This document shows positions 11,071 through 22,899 of a stretch of DNA of 39,133 nt, one piece after another. The position numbers were made by a program, and so were the translations under genes. The stretch's first letter is position 1. Each line of letters begins with the position of its first letter. The notes under the pieces are model-generated. The model did not search any database. It worked only from the letters and a program-made list of their open reading frames with translations, and was not told the DNA's origin. The DNA comes from Octopus bimaculoides (lineage: Eukaryota): positions 691,645-730,777 of the forward strand of contig NC_069004.1 of NCBI RefSeq assembly GCF_001194135.2, in the 5' to 3' direction.

Positions 11071-11705
11071 TGTAACGGTTAAGATTTATTGCAACGGCAT
11101 GTAAGCTGTGAAGGAAGAACTGTGATTGAAGTTGTAAAGATACTTATTTACCGTTACTTTGTATATATCCAAAACCACGACGGGTTGGTATGTATAATTA
11201 GTAAATGGAAAAGCATGCGAGGTAAAAAGAGTTAATTTCGGCCGGTATACTTGTACACGTTCTCGTAGTATATATATAGAGATATGGTAATGTTACAGAG
11301 AAAAGAAAGTGAGAGTAGTGGGGCGAAACTGCTTCGTTGGTGAGTTACCACAGTTGTTCCTTTGTGCCGTTTCATTAAGAGACGGCGTTTCAGCCGGTCA
11401 GCCAGAAACTAACTTTGGCTTATGGTGTTATTGTTTTTATAACTATCCAAAACCAGTCAGAAGGATAGACATATTATTGAGAACAATAGATTTCGTTCGC
11501 TGTCTGTTATCTTTATTCTAGCTTTTGGTGGCCTAGAAGAGGTTAGAAGGGTCAAGTACCAAAGACATTATTCTGCTTAGTGAAGGCATCTGGTAAATGT
11601 AACTGCTGTCACTCACAGAAAAACTGTTGTTTTACCGTGAGAAAAGTACTGTTGAACTGCTAAGTGAAATTTGGATATCGAGGATCGAATCCACACCATG
11701 CTATA
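11071..11705 (-). mobile_element. Possible decayed solo LTR
   Basis: Minus strand starts TATAGCATGG (TGTAGC-like) and ends AATAAATCTTAACCGTTACA; 635 bp of CpG-richer non-coding sequence set in (TA)n/(TG)n. No clear TSD. Confidence 0.35.
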
Positions 11706-11723
11706 TATACATACATATATATG

Positions 11724-12370
11724 TATATACACATGCATATATGGGTACAGGACGTCAAAAAACGTAAACATGAAAAACGAAGACATGATCTACAAAAACA
11801 TGGAGAACAAACTTTTTTTTTAACAACGAAAGAAAGAAATAGCAAAACGAGACAGGCAACATAAAGAACAATCCCTTCATCAGTTGTTCACTGTTTTATC
11901 TACTCCGCATTTCGCTCATTAGGACAAGATGCGTCTTTGTCAAAACAGTCGCTCCTGCAAAACAAATTAAATAAAATTTGGGATTTGCGGAGGGTCAAAG
12001 TTGGTAACAAAAACAGGACAGTTAAAACAAACGGTAAGGGCTGTTAGGCCATTACGAGGTGAAGTGGTGAACGTTGGAGAACAAGCTTTGACAGGAGACA
12101 GACGAAAATCAAATCACAATTTTAACTTAATTTGCTTTGCAGGAGCCACTGTTTTGACGAAAACGCATCTTGTCCTAATGCTCGAAATGCGGAGTAGATA
12201 AAGCAGTAGACAACTGATGAAGGGATTGTTCTTTTTGTTGTCTGTCTCGTTTTTCTATTTGTTTCTTTCGTTAAAAAAAAAGTTCGTTTTTCAAGTTTTT
12301 GTAATTAATGTTCTCGTTTTTCATGTTTACGTTTTTTGACGTCCTGTACCCATATATGCATCTGTATATA
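11724..12370. mobile_element. Fold-back element / long-TIR MITE
   Basis: About 260-bp inverted arms (11724-11986 and 12111-12370), 124-bp spacer, both ends in TA-rich microsatellite. Confidence 0.85.
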
Positions 12371-12616
12371 TATATATATATATATATGTAACGTGTGTGT
12401 GTGTGTGCGGAGTCCGAATTCCTGTTTTAGGGTTGATATATATGACTTCCCAATTGGGAGATACATTTGACTTTACGGGTTCGGATATCAAAGAGTATTA
12501 ACAAAATGATAAATGATCCAGGTTTAGTAACTTTCAAAACTGTTAGTGATAACCTGCGAAACAACACACATATGACTTCCCAGAAACTGAGTGCAACTTT
12601 TGACTGTATGTGTATA

Positions 12617-12672
<56 letters not shown>

Positions 12673-13313
12673 GCAAACATTAGATGGGTTTCTACACAGT
12701 TTCTATCCACCAAATTGTCTCACAAGACGTTAGTGGGCTTAGGGCTATTGTAGAAGACACTTACCCAAGGTGTTGTGCTGTAAGATTGAATCCAAAGTCA
12801 CATGATTGTGAATCGAGCGTCTTAACCACACAGACACTATTACAAAATTAGGATCATGCTTGATTGTCGGTCATGGAAACTTTTGCTGTGCAAAATTTTC
12901 TTTCTATAGATTTGTTTCTGAATTGCATTCATGAAAGATTTTGTTAGGGAATGCCAGTCATGAAAGGGAAGAAATACTTTGGTTTCTGGCCATCTGAATT
13001 TCATTAATATTATAGCATCATTTCCCATTCGAGAAGTATAGATAAGTTTTATCTCTTCTTTATAGTAAATAACTTAGTTAAGATGAATGCCAGTCGTCAA
13101 GCATCTATTATTTTCTCACAAATTTAATAACCTGTAAAGCAGTATTTTTGAATCACTTTGTTTTTATCTTACACTCCACTTCGATTTTCACTCCTAAAGT
13201 ACGTGTGTCCCACTATGAAAAGAAAATGTACATATATAACACACTTCTATGCATATGATACATACATGTATATTTAGCACATATATAAAGAACGTGTGTG
13301 TGTGTGTATATAA

Positions 13314-13932
13314 TGTAGCGGGATGTGTAGTAAATCCACCCTCTTGTTGCTTGTCAAAACGAGCGGGAAGTCCTCTCCACACCAGATGATTGATGAGGAA
13401 ACACTTGATCCCCAAGGAACTGTGCTGGTCAAGAAAAGGTCAGTCTTTTGTTTAGGGTTTGACCTACACTACTGACCATAGTATATATAACAGCATTTCC
13501 TATTTCTTCCTCTTTTGCGTCAGCCATGACCAAGAGCAGCACTTTCCCTTCGCCCTTCGCTCAACATACGAAGAGAAGCTTTCGGCCGCAAGAAAGGCGA
13601 TTGCCACCTTTATTCTTTCTTCCTTTCTAGTTAGCACCGTGCATTCTTTACTCTTTCACTCTCTACTGACAGACAGCAACTTCTACACTACCAACTACTA
13701 ACCAGCGAGCCAACCTTGTCACTATCATTAGAATTGCTACTGTCTCTTTAACTACCTGTCGGGCAAACGAATAAATATATGTAAATAATATTTCTTCCTT
13801 CTTGGTGTTTATTCTTCGATGTTCACTGGTTACTCCGACACGAGAACCTTTAAGCGTTACATCTATACGCTACGTTCGGTAGTGGGATACATCATATAGA
13901 CGTGATACGGCACATAACTTCAGCCCGCTACA
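13314..13932 (+). mobile_element. Solo LTR
   Basis: Begins TGTAGCGGG and ends CCCGCTACA (9-bp terminal inverted repeat, TG...CA); 619 bp; TATATAA at 13484, AATAAA at 13770; flanks TATAA/TATAT fit a 5-bp TSD with one mismatch. Confidence 0.75.
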
Positions 13933-14001
13933 TATATATAATGGATTCTCTAGTCGTGAACGACAAATAAGGGTTCAGTAAAATAAAGCGGTAATCATGT
14001 T

Positions 14002-14827
14002 CTACCGACACGAATGTCTCTTGGGGCCTGCTGGTGCTTTGCAAACCTTTTGACAAATGGAACAAGCTGAGTTTGCTCGAGTGCTTGTGGACCATCTGTA
14101 TTTTTTTTTTTTTGAGTGGACGGCAAGGTCTGTTTTGCTTCGTGCCACAAAATCACAATGACAGATAAGGTTTCCATTTAGAGGAGCAGCGTCTTGCCAG
14201 TATGCCTTCACGGTTGCTCATAGTTGGTCCCGATGTTGGAGTTGACTTTGCTCAAATCTTTGAACTAAGGAGAAGCAGGACTGGCGTCAGGCCCTGCATT
14301 CTGAAGCTTTGTTTTCCCAGAAAGAAAAGGATATGTTGTATCGCTTCAGTTTGTCTTTGAAGCGCAAGAGTGACCTTCCTATTGAGAATTGGCCAAAGAG
14401 AAGTTGCTTCGGAATTCTCATATCATACGTGAGAGATGACCTGACTCTAGGCTTTGTTTTGATGAGGAGGTTTTCAATATTTGATATGTTGCATTTTGCT
14501 AGCACCTTACTGTTACGAATATGGTCAATCAGTTTTATGTTGGAGATAGTAATCAAGCATCGCGTATGAAAAGCCTCAAGCCGGTTGATGTGCTTCCGGT
14601 ACAACGTCCAAGATTCAACACCATAAAGCAATAATGTCAAAACCATCGACTTTCACCTTCAACGTCGTGACTGTTCCAAAGCATGTAATAAAGCTTACCA
14701 AAAGTGGAACTAGCCTTCCCGATTCTGGACTCAATTTTTAAATTCATATTAGCAGCATTGGACACAATGGAACTAAGATGAGACAAGGATGAAACAGTTT
14801 TTACTGCTTTCCCATCAACATATACAG
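14002..14827 (-). mobile_element. 5'-truncated, frameshifted RTE-type LINE (C-terminal end of the RT ORF)
   Basis: Peptides ESRIGKASSTFGKL..LWNSHD, LLYGVESWTLYRKHINRLEAFHTRCL and RIPKQLLFGQ are typical of post-RT RTE-clade ORFs; they end in Cys/His knuckles. Confidence 0.85.
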
Positions 14828-14835
14828 TACACACA

Positions 14836-15720
14836 CAAAGTGCATTCCAGAAGTTTTGAAATTTTTTCAGGAGAGATATTTATTAATTTCAAAGTACAAA
14901 ACCCTAATCTCCTTCAAAGTAGGACCCACTGACTTCAATGCACTTGTAGCGTTCCAGCCCAATTCATGAAGGTCCCATAGAAGGTCCAAAGTGAAGGAGT
15001 CCACGACCCTTGTCTCAGATCCATTGATCTTTTCAATGTCCTGAAGACGACTGTTCCGATGTTCTCCTTCAACTCGGGAAGAGCCAAAAGACGCTGGGGG
15101 CAAGGTCTTGGCTGCAAAGAGAATGAAGGACAGTTTTGATGGGCTAAGGCTAATGCATTGTCCTGGTGTCAGTGTCACCGACACGAGTGGAAGGGCTCTG
15201 GCCTTTTGCGACGAAATCTTATCTTGAACTCTCTCAAAACCTTCACAAAGTGCTCTTGGCTGACTGTCTGACCAAAGGGAACCCAGTGGATGTAGATGAT
15301 ACCCTTGCTATCGAAAAAGGGGATCATCATAACTTGCCTTTCCTGGCCTTGGACAGATGCTTCCGTTGGACACTCTGTTTCTTGGTAGCTGGATCATAAC
15401 AGTACACCCAGCTTCCGTGACAGGTCACCAGAAACTCAAGAGCTATTGGATTTAAGATAATGAGTTCAACCGTCTCCTTGCTCCATCTTTCCTTCTGTTC
15501 ATCACTGAGTGCCCTGGGAACAAACTTTACAAAACTTATGCGCATATTCAGATCTTCATGAATAATTCTGTGTACAGTTGCAACACCAGCTTCAAACTGT
15601 ATTCTTATTGTCTTTAGAGGTACACAACAGTCTTCATCTAGAAAATTGCAAATTTTTCGTAACAGTACTGATGTTCTAGCATCCTTTTCTCTCTCACTCA
15701 TCTCACTTCCTCCTTACCAT
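14836..15720 (-). mobile_element. Decayed mariner transposon (transposase pseudogene)
   Basis: TVHRIIHEDLNMR..KFVPRALSDEQK (WVPxxL-like), LVTCHGSWVYCYDPATKKQS (degenerate TGDExW..YDP) and C-terminal KCIEVSGSYFEG. One TIR-like end CAAAGTGCATTCCAGAAGTTTTG at 14836. Confidence 0.9.
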
Positions 15721-16348
15721 ACTTGAGCCTCTTGTAGCAGCAAAAAACAGATACTCGGCTCATACAAGTTAATCCATAAGCAGTCTAGAGCATTTCGAAT
15801 GCTTCTGTAGTATTTTGGCCCAGTTTAACACAACTTTATTGTCTAGCGAACTTCTAAATTGTTTTCACGTCCCGACCGCCTTCTGCAGATTTGTTAGTTG
15901 TGATAGACAGTATTTATTTGGGTGGGTTCAAAGTGCTGTTACTTCCGTCTCCTTTATAACCCCCCCCCCAAAAAAAAACACACATACACAAAAAAAAAGC
16001 GTCGGCAGGTCAGCATATTAAATGTATAGTAATGGTATAGTAAATTTACAATAATCTAAGACAGTTATAACAGCCTTTCCTACGAAAAANNNNNNNNNNN
16101 NNNNNNNNNNNNNNNNNNNNNNNNNNNNNNNNNNNNNNNNNNNNNNNNNNNNNNNNNNNNNNNNNNNNNNNNNNNNNNNNNNNNNNNNNNNNNNNNNNNN
16201 NNNNNNNNNNNNNNNNNNNNNNNNNNNNNNNNNNNNNNNNNNNNNNNNNNNNNNNNNNNNNNNNNNNNNNNNNNNNNNNNNNNNNNNNNNNNNNNNNNNN
16301 NNNNNNNNNNNNNNNNNNNNNNNNNNNNNNNNNNNNNNNNNNNNNATA

Positions 16349-16380
<32 letters not shown>

Positions 16381-16385
<5 letters not shown>

Positions 16386-16677
16386 GGCTTGTTGCCAACT
16401 TAATATGGCAGTCTCAGGAAAAGAAAGAATGTTACTGTTATTTAGCTCCAAGAAACACAGTTTCGTGTTGGCTACGCGACACAAGCGTTCTGTATCCTTA
16501 AGTCTTGAAACAGGGGAGATAAGCACCTGCACTCAACAAAGCCAGCATCCAGAGACTTAAGGACACAGAACGCTTGTGTTGCGTAGCCAACACGAAACGG
16601 TGTTTCTTGGGGTTGAATAACAGTAACATTCTTCCCTTTCCTGTGACTGTCACATTAAGTTGGCAACAAGCCATCAC
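16381..16677. mobile_element. MITE with 125-bp inverted arms
   Basis: Arms 16381-16505 and 16553-16677 (GTGATGGCTTGTTGCCAACTTAA ... TTAAGTTGGCAACAAGCCATCAC), 47-bp spacer. Confidence 0.85.
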
Positions 16678-18394
16678 TTTATCGTACTGTGACTGCATAA
16701 CTCACTGAGAGATTTAGAAATGTGATATATATATATATATACATACAAATATATATAATATACACATACACACAAAAGTTTCAATCTAAACTTTATTGCA
16801 TGTTTTACCCACATCTCACTTGCGTTCCAAACTGAAATACCCCACACCCCTGCAAAATATTACCATGCCCCACCTTTAAGAACCCTGCTCCAAAGCTGTA
16901 TAACCTGTAACATTTCTGTTCAGTGTTCTTATACAAGGATGGAAAAACGAAAACAATGTAACTTTGAATGACAACAAATAAATTAAGTTAGACTGAATCA
17001 CTATGCGAAGATAATATAATTTTAGGTTTTTGAATATTCTTTCGTGTTCAGTGGCCGAGACTTATTGACTATATTTTAAAATCTCTCAGCTCGTTGGTTT
17101 ATTGAATTTGTCACGATCTGATGAGAGAAAAATATCTATAGTATCAAGATAAAATCTCTTCAAAGTAAAAAAGAAAAACTCAAAATAGGCGTTATTTAGA
17201 AATTATGGAAGTTAATTCTTTGCTTTTATACCGCAATTGACAGCACATTTATTTTCATTTCTAATGAAGTGAAAAAAAGTTTTTCTAGCATGCATTTGCA
17301 ATTTCTTGGTTATCTGCTACTTGTATCAGTCATTGGACAGCGACGATAATGAGGCACTGCCTTAAAGGATTTAATCAAGCAAATCGACTCCAGCGCATCT
17401 CTGTTTTTTTTTTTTTAATCCTGGTACTTATTCTATCGATTTGTTTTGCTGAACCGCTAAGTTGCAAGGACGTAAACAAATCAACACAAGTTGTCAAGCG
17501 GTGGCGAGAGACAAACACAAGCTCGCTCACATACACACACACAAATACATGCACAAACATTCATATACACAAACATATACGACGGGCTTCTTTCAGTTTC
17601 TGTCTACAAATCCACTCACAAGGCTTTGGTCGACCCGAGGCTATAGTAGAAGACACTTGCCAAGGTGCCACGCGTTGGAACTGAACCGGCAACCGCGTGG
17701 TTGAGAAGCAAATTCCTTATCACACAGCAACGACTGCGCTTTTTCTTGAGAGAATAATGAATATTTCCCTGTAAATAGTATTTTGAAACTAACAGTATTG
17801 TCAACATTGCAATTCTAATCTTTCAATCCGACGGAGGAGGGCGGGGAAAGCCTCCACCTGATCGCTCTATCTGCTAGAAGGAACGACCAAATTTTCTTCA
17901 AATTACGCTCTTCTGTCTTAAAAATGGAAGTGCAGCATTTTGGATAACACAGTTTTAGTGGATATTATTGTTGATGAAGAAGCCACAATGAAAAACTGAG
18001 AAAATAAATATTTCAATAATTTTGTAGTAAAGCTAAAGGTCAGTATAGATGATTTATAGTAGTAATATTTTTATTTTATTTTATATTGTGAAATAAAGGC
18101 TAGTTGAATAGCGGAGAGAATTGAGGGATGTCTAATAAACATAGGCCGGATGGCATAAAACCTTCGGTTGCAAATAAAAATATTTCTAAAGAGAGCCGAT
18201 GTCCGAGGTTTTTATAGGTTTACAAAATGATTCCAGAAAATTTAGGTGCGAACATTGAGTTTCCTGTTTTGCCTGTCAAACCGACGCCAAATACGATTGG
18301 CTGTAAAACATGTGACTAAGCGTATCGATAATGTTCAGAAGTTGAAATGTTTTGCAGCAAGCTCTACTCAACATTACCAAGTATGACAATATTT

Positions 18395-18602
18395 GTTTCA
18401 AATATGGCACAAGGCCAGCAGTTTCAGAGAAGGGGCTAAGTCGACTACGTTGAATCCAGTGACTCTACTGGTACTTATTTTATCCACTCCGAAAGGATGA
18501 AAGGCAAAGTTGACTTCGGCAGAATTTGAACTCAGAACGAAAGACGGATGAAATGCCGTTAAACATTTCGCCCGGTGTGCTAACGATTCTGCCAGCTCGC
18601 CG
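18395..18602 (-). mobile_element. tRNA-derived SINE, family A (best-preserved copy)
   Basis: Minus strand reads GGCGAGCTGGCAGAATCGTTAGCAC...GAGTTCAAATTC...GCCTTTCATCCTTTCGGAGTGGATAAAATAAGTACCAG; clearly similar to 7157-7358 and 857-1062. Confidence 0.85.
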
Positions 18603-18887
18603 TCTAATCCAAATATGATAATATTAACCAAAAACGGATTTTACTTTAAACTGAGTTGTTATAAATCAAATCCAAGGAAGCTATCTCCTATATTAACGTA
18701 AATATACTGCCTTAATCTAACACATGACAATCATGGCTAAAATGTCTTTAACTATAGGTGTACACGATCGTACTAAACGATTTCAAGGACGTATTTCAGG
18801 ACAGTGATAGAAATTGTTAAAGATATTTTCTGGAGTAGTTGTTATAACACTTTGAATTGATAATACATACATATATATATATATATA

Positions 18888-19364
18888 NNNNNNNNNNNNN
18901 NNNNNNNNNNNNNNNNNNNNNNNNNNNNNNNNNNNNNNNNNNNNNNNNNNNNNNNNNNNNNNNNNNNNNNNNNNNNNNNNNNNNNNNNNNNNNNNNNNNN
19001 NNNNNNNNNNNNNNNNNNNNNNNNNNNNNNNNNNNNNNNNNNNNNNNNNNNNNNNNNNNNNNNNNNNNNNNNNNNNNNNNNNNNNNNNNNNNNNNNNNNN
19101 NNNNNNNNNNNNNNNNNNNNNNNNNNNNNNNNNNNNNNNNNNNNNNNNNNNNNNNNNNNNNNNNNNNNNNNNNNNNNNNNNNNNNNNNNNNNNNNNNNNN
19201 NNNNNNNNNNNNNNNNNNNNNNNNNNNNNNNNNNNNNNNNNNNNNNNNNNNNNNNNNNNNNNNNNNNNNNNNNNNNNNNNNNNNNNNNNNNNNNNNNNNN
19301 NNNNNNNNNNNNNNNNNNNNNNNNNNNNNNNNNNNNNNNNNNNNNNNNNNNNNNNNNNNNNNNN
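18888..19364. other. Assembly gap (N run)
   Basis: Largest gap. Others at 198-207, 16090-16345, 23825-24074, 25164-25605, 31953-32180 and 34794-34923, mostly flanked by microsatellites. Confidence 1.
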
Positions 19365-20680
19365 TATATATATATATATATATATATGTAAATATAGTGG
19401 ATAAGCACTAAAATAACGTCTGACTTTTTTTTTAACCTTTAAGGTTGTTCTGGACTGGACCATTTTTCTGAAACGAGTGTTCCCACAAAATATGTCTGTG
19501 TATAACAGTGATAGTAGAATACCTTGTAATGCAATAATTATAATTCCGTGTAGATGTGAATAATAGACAACGTTCAGAAGGCTTAACAGAACCAAAATAT
19601 TTTATTGGAAGAGGAATTGGTGATAGAATTAAATAGAAGCTTGCTTGCCGGTACATGGTGAATAGCATTCAGAGATAGGGCATGACAATATCCTAGGTAA
19701 ACAGAAGACATGTTTAAGATCCTTGTCAAAGGTCACAAATCAAAAAAGGGTGTATGCAGCAATATAGAAATACGACACTTACAGTTACTTCATAATGTAA
19801 ATATATGTAACATGACAAATGTTCGAACAGTGTCATAATCAGTTAAGTTCTGGAATGTTTGTCCATTAGATATTTTCCACGTGGAGTTGAGTTCAGACAG
19901 AAACATGGCAATACGTCTTACTCTCCTGGTGGCCTGACTGGAATTGCCTAAAAACTTTCCCGCGTCTGGTGACAAGCAGCGATGTGCATCTACGCGCAAG
20001 GCAAAGCGGTTGACTACACTTACTAAATCACGCATAGATGGATAACTGTTCCGCCAAATGGAAATAGTGCTTCTACATATATATATTAACAAAAATCGAA
20101 AACGGGCATAATAGGTGAAAAGAAACCGAGTACGATTTTTAATTTAGTAGGTATGTCGAGGGATCAGAGGAGTTGCTTTAGTGGGAATGGAACACCCTTT
20201 AGGCTTTTTAAAAAAATAGCATGAGAGAGAAAGACAGAGAGAGAGAGAGAGGGAGAGATACACAAAAAGTCTTTTCATAAATTCATATACTAATGTGTAA
20301 GTCTGTATGTCGTTTATTGATGGTGATAATGTGTGTGTGTGTGTGTGTTTGCTGCTAGTACGCTTTTTCGTTTTGTCATTCAGAAATGGCGAAACAATTT
20401 ATTCTATCGGGTATAGTAATGAACGCAATTGTTCTGCTCTGAGGCTTTTAATTGAGGCGACTTTCTTGAGATATTTTCATGCACAAGATCCTGAAACAAT
20501 TTATTGTGATAATGCAGAGCGTAGTTTTTAGAAAGCAAAATAAAAGACAACCCCCCCCCCCCAACAAAAAAACAAATAAGAAGCATGCGTACAGATAAAC
20601 GGGATTCGAATTGATTAATAAATCAGTATGCACACAATCTAAGTAAATAAAAAAAAAATAAGAGGGAGTTTAAAACACTT

Positions 20681-21170
20681 CAGTGGCGTAGTTTATAGGG
20701 GAGCAAAAGGAGCAATTGTGCTTCCCCGAGCACAAGTTTAAAAATTGGCGCCCTTTCAACGAGTTTTTAAAACTATAGTTCACGTGTGCCATAAAAGTCG
20801 AATCTCCCTTTTGTTTTGTTAATCTTATGGGCTTGGAAGAACTTTCTGTAGACATTACTTTAACTGTCTGCTCAATCTCCTGTGATGTATTTGGGGCCGC
20901 TGGCATCTGAAGAACCAAAACAAACCCTTTCGGCACTGGACGATCCCCTGGAGTTTCGTCTTTTTCACACATCACTTACATCAGTAGTTGTAAGGTTCAT
21001 ACATAATGACATTGTTACTGAAACATGAAATTAATGAATGTAGAATACAATTACGTATATTATAACGAATGAAATATTTTGCGTAATATAAGAGAAATGA
21101 GTTAAAAATTGTTTGGTATATGTTTTTATGCCCTCGCTCTCATCGAGTTTATAACCTGGCTACGTCTCCG
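20681..21170. mobile_element. Possible hAT (Tip100-like) non-autonomous element
   Basis: Starts CAGTGGCGTAG; the putative other end GCTACGTCTCCG only partly matches; no TSD seen. Confidence 0.3.
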
Positions 21171-21391
21171 TGCTGAAGGCATTATATTCTGATATGTCTC
21201 TCCGGGTTTGATGCTGTCAGTAAGTGGACTTATTCTTGCAATATGTATTAAATCAACAATGACATCAGTTCATAAATTTCTGTCAATGAAGAAGTAAAGG
21301 AAAAACAGTTAATATTTATTGCAAAATCTACGTTTGTATGTATGTATGCATGTATGTATGTATGTATGCATGTATGTATGTATGTTTGTAT

Positions 21392-21495
<104 letters not shown>

Positions 21496-21661
21496 GTAAA
21501 AATATGACACTTATTCGCACATATTTTTACAGATAAATTCCTCTATTTACATAATATTGAGGTCTCTTTCTTTCTTTTGTTGTCCTTCCTATCAATATAT
21601 ATATATATATATGTATATACATGTTGTATATCGGGACGGTCATTTTTTTGTGGGGGTGGTG

Positions 21662-22006
21662 CAAATAAACACACGCACTATATATTCATTTTTCACTCGT
21701 TTATTGCTGTTCTTATTTTAAGTCATGTCCATTGTCCGGAAATCTTTCGTCACACATCTGTGCCCACTTCAGCGACACTTTCCGTCTTCGTGTGTGGCCC
21801 TGCTCCGCTTAGTCTATTCTGTTTCTTCTATGATATCATAAAAGAACAGAATGAATTAAGTGGAGCAGCAGCACACACGAGGACGGAAAGTGTCGCTGAA
21901 GAGGTCACAGATGTGTAACGAAAGATTTTCGGACAATGAACAAGAGTTAAAACAAGAACAGTAATAAACGAGTGAAAGATGAATATATAGTGCGTGTGTT
22001 TATTTG
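21662..22006. repeat. Loop-less palindrome (~345 bp)
   Basis: Symmetric about TATGAT|ATCATA (21834/21835); arms of about 172 bp are clearly complementary with scattered mismatches. Confidence 0.92.
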
Positions 22007-22189
22007 GAAAAAGAAAAAAATGAACAATATCTGTTTCAACACACGGTTTCACATCAGGAATCTTGCAACACAAATTCATAAACGTATATATATGTATACT
22101 TACAGATTCATATATACACAGATGTATACATATTTATGCACACACACACACACACACACACACACGAATTTATTCGTATCTATATAAAT

Positions 22190-22470
22190 GTATGTATGTA
22201 TGTTCGATTCTCGGCAGCGCGTAGTGTTCTTGAGCAAGAGGCTTTATTTCACGTCGCTCCAGTTCACTCAGCTGTAAAAATGAGTACTATTTGTATTTTA
22301 AATGTCCGACCTTGTCACATTTTGTATCACGCTGAATCTCCAGGAGAAATACGTTAAAGGCATGCATGTCTGTGAAATTTTCAGCCACTTGCAAGTTAAT
22401 TTCACGGACAGGCTGTTTCGTTGGTCGGATCAACTGGAACCCTTGTTTTCGTAACAGACGACGTACCAGT
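22190..22470 (+). mobile_element. SINE sharing the 3' half of family C
   Basis: GTTCGATTC B-box-like head; 3' part CACGCTGAATCTCC...CAAGTTAATTTCACG...GGATCAACTGGAACCC matches 30292-30686 and 37630-38013. Confidence 0.7.
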
Positions 22471-22748
22471 TTTTAGGTGTGAATTTGTGGTGAAAGGTTA
22501 AAACTTTAAATTACTGATCAACAAATACAAAAAAAAAGAAAAGACCTTAAACCACCAGAAATAATCAATGACGGAGCAGAAATATAATAGCCAATCACTA
22601 AACACATGAAGCAAACCAACGAATAGACAGATGCAAGAGAATTCTTGCATCAATAAATAAGAATATATACCACCATACTGAGTTGTAACACTTCTTGACT
22701 GTAGTGGCGCGAAACTCTTGTCACAATATAAACATTACGTTTCAATAA

Positions 22749-22781
<33 letters not shown>

Positions 22782-22899
22782 TGTATGTATGTACGAAATT
22801 GTTTCCAAAGGAATTTTTGTCCATTCTTAAGCTAAAACAATCTCCAGTTCTTGTAGTGATGATGGTGGAGGATATCGACTCCTTACTTGTTTTTCTAAA

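Noticed and set aside
12181-12225. GAAA...CTGATGAAGGG in the fold-back arm as a permuted hammerhead
   Set aside because: No convincing stem I or III and no UH site can be drawn between the boxes.
17118-17165. CTGATGAGAGA...TCTCTTC as a hammerhead
   Set aside because: Lacks the GAAA box after the putative stem II.
18295-18303. CCAAT-box match in a CpG-richer stretch as a promoter
   Set aside because: A single short motif next to SINE debris with no linked exon.
19790-20092. 100-aa ORF on the minus strand
   Set aside because: No recognisable domain and no consistent splice context; this length can arise by chance.
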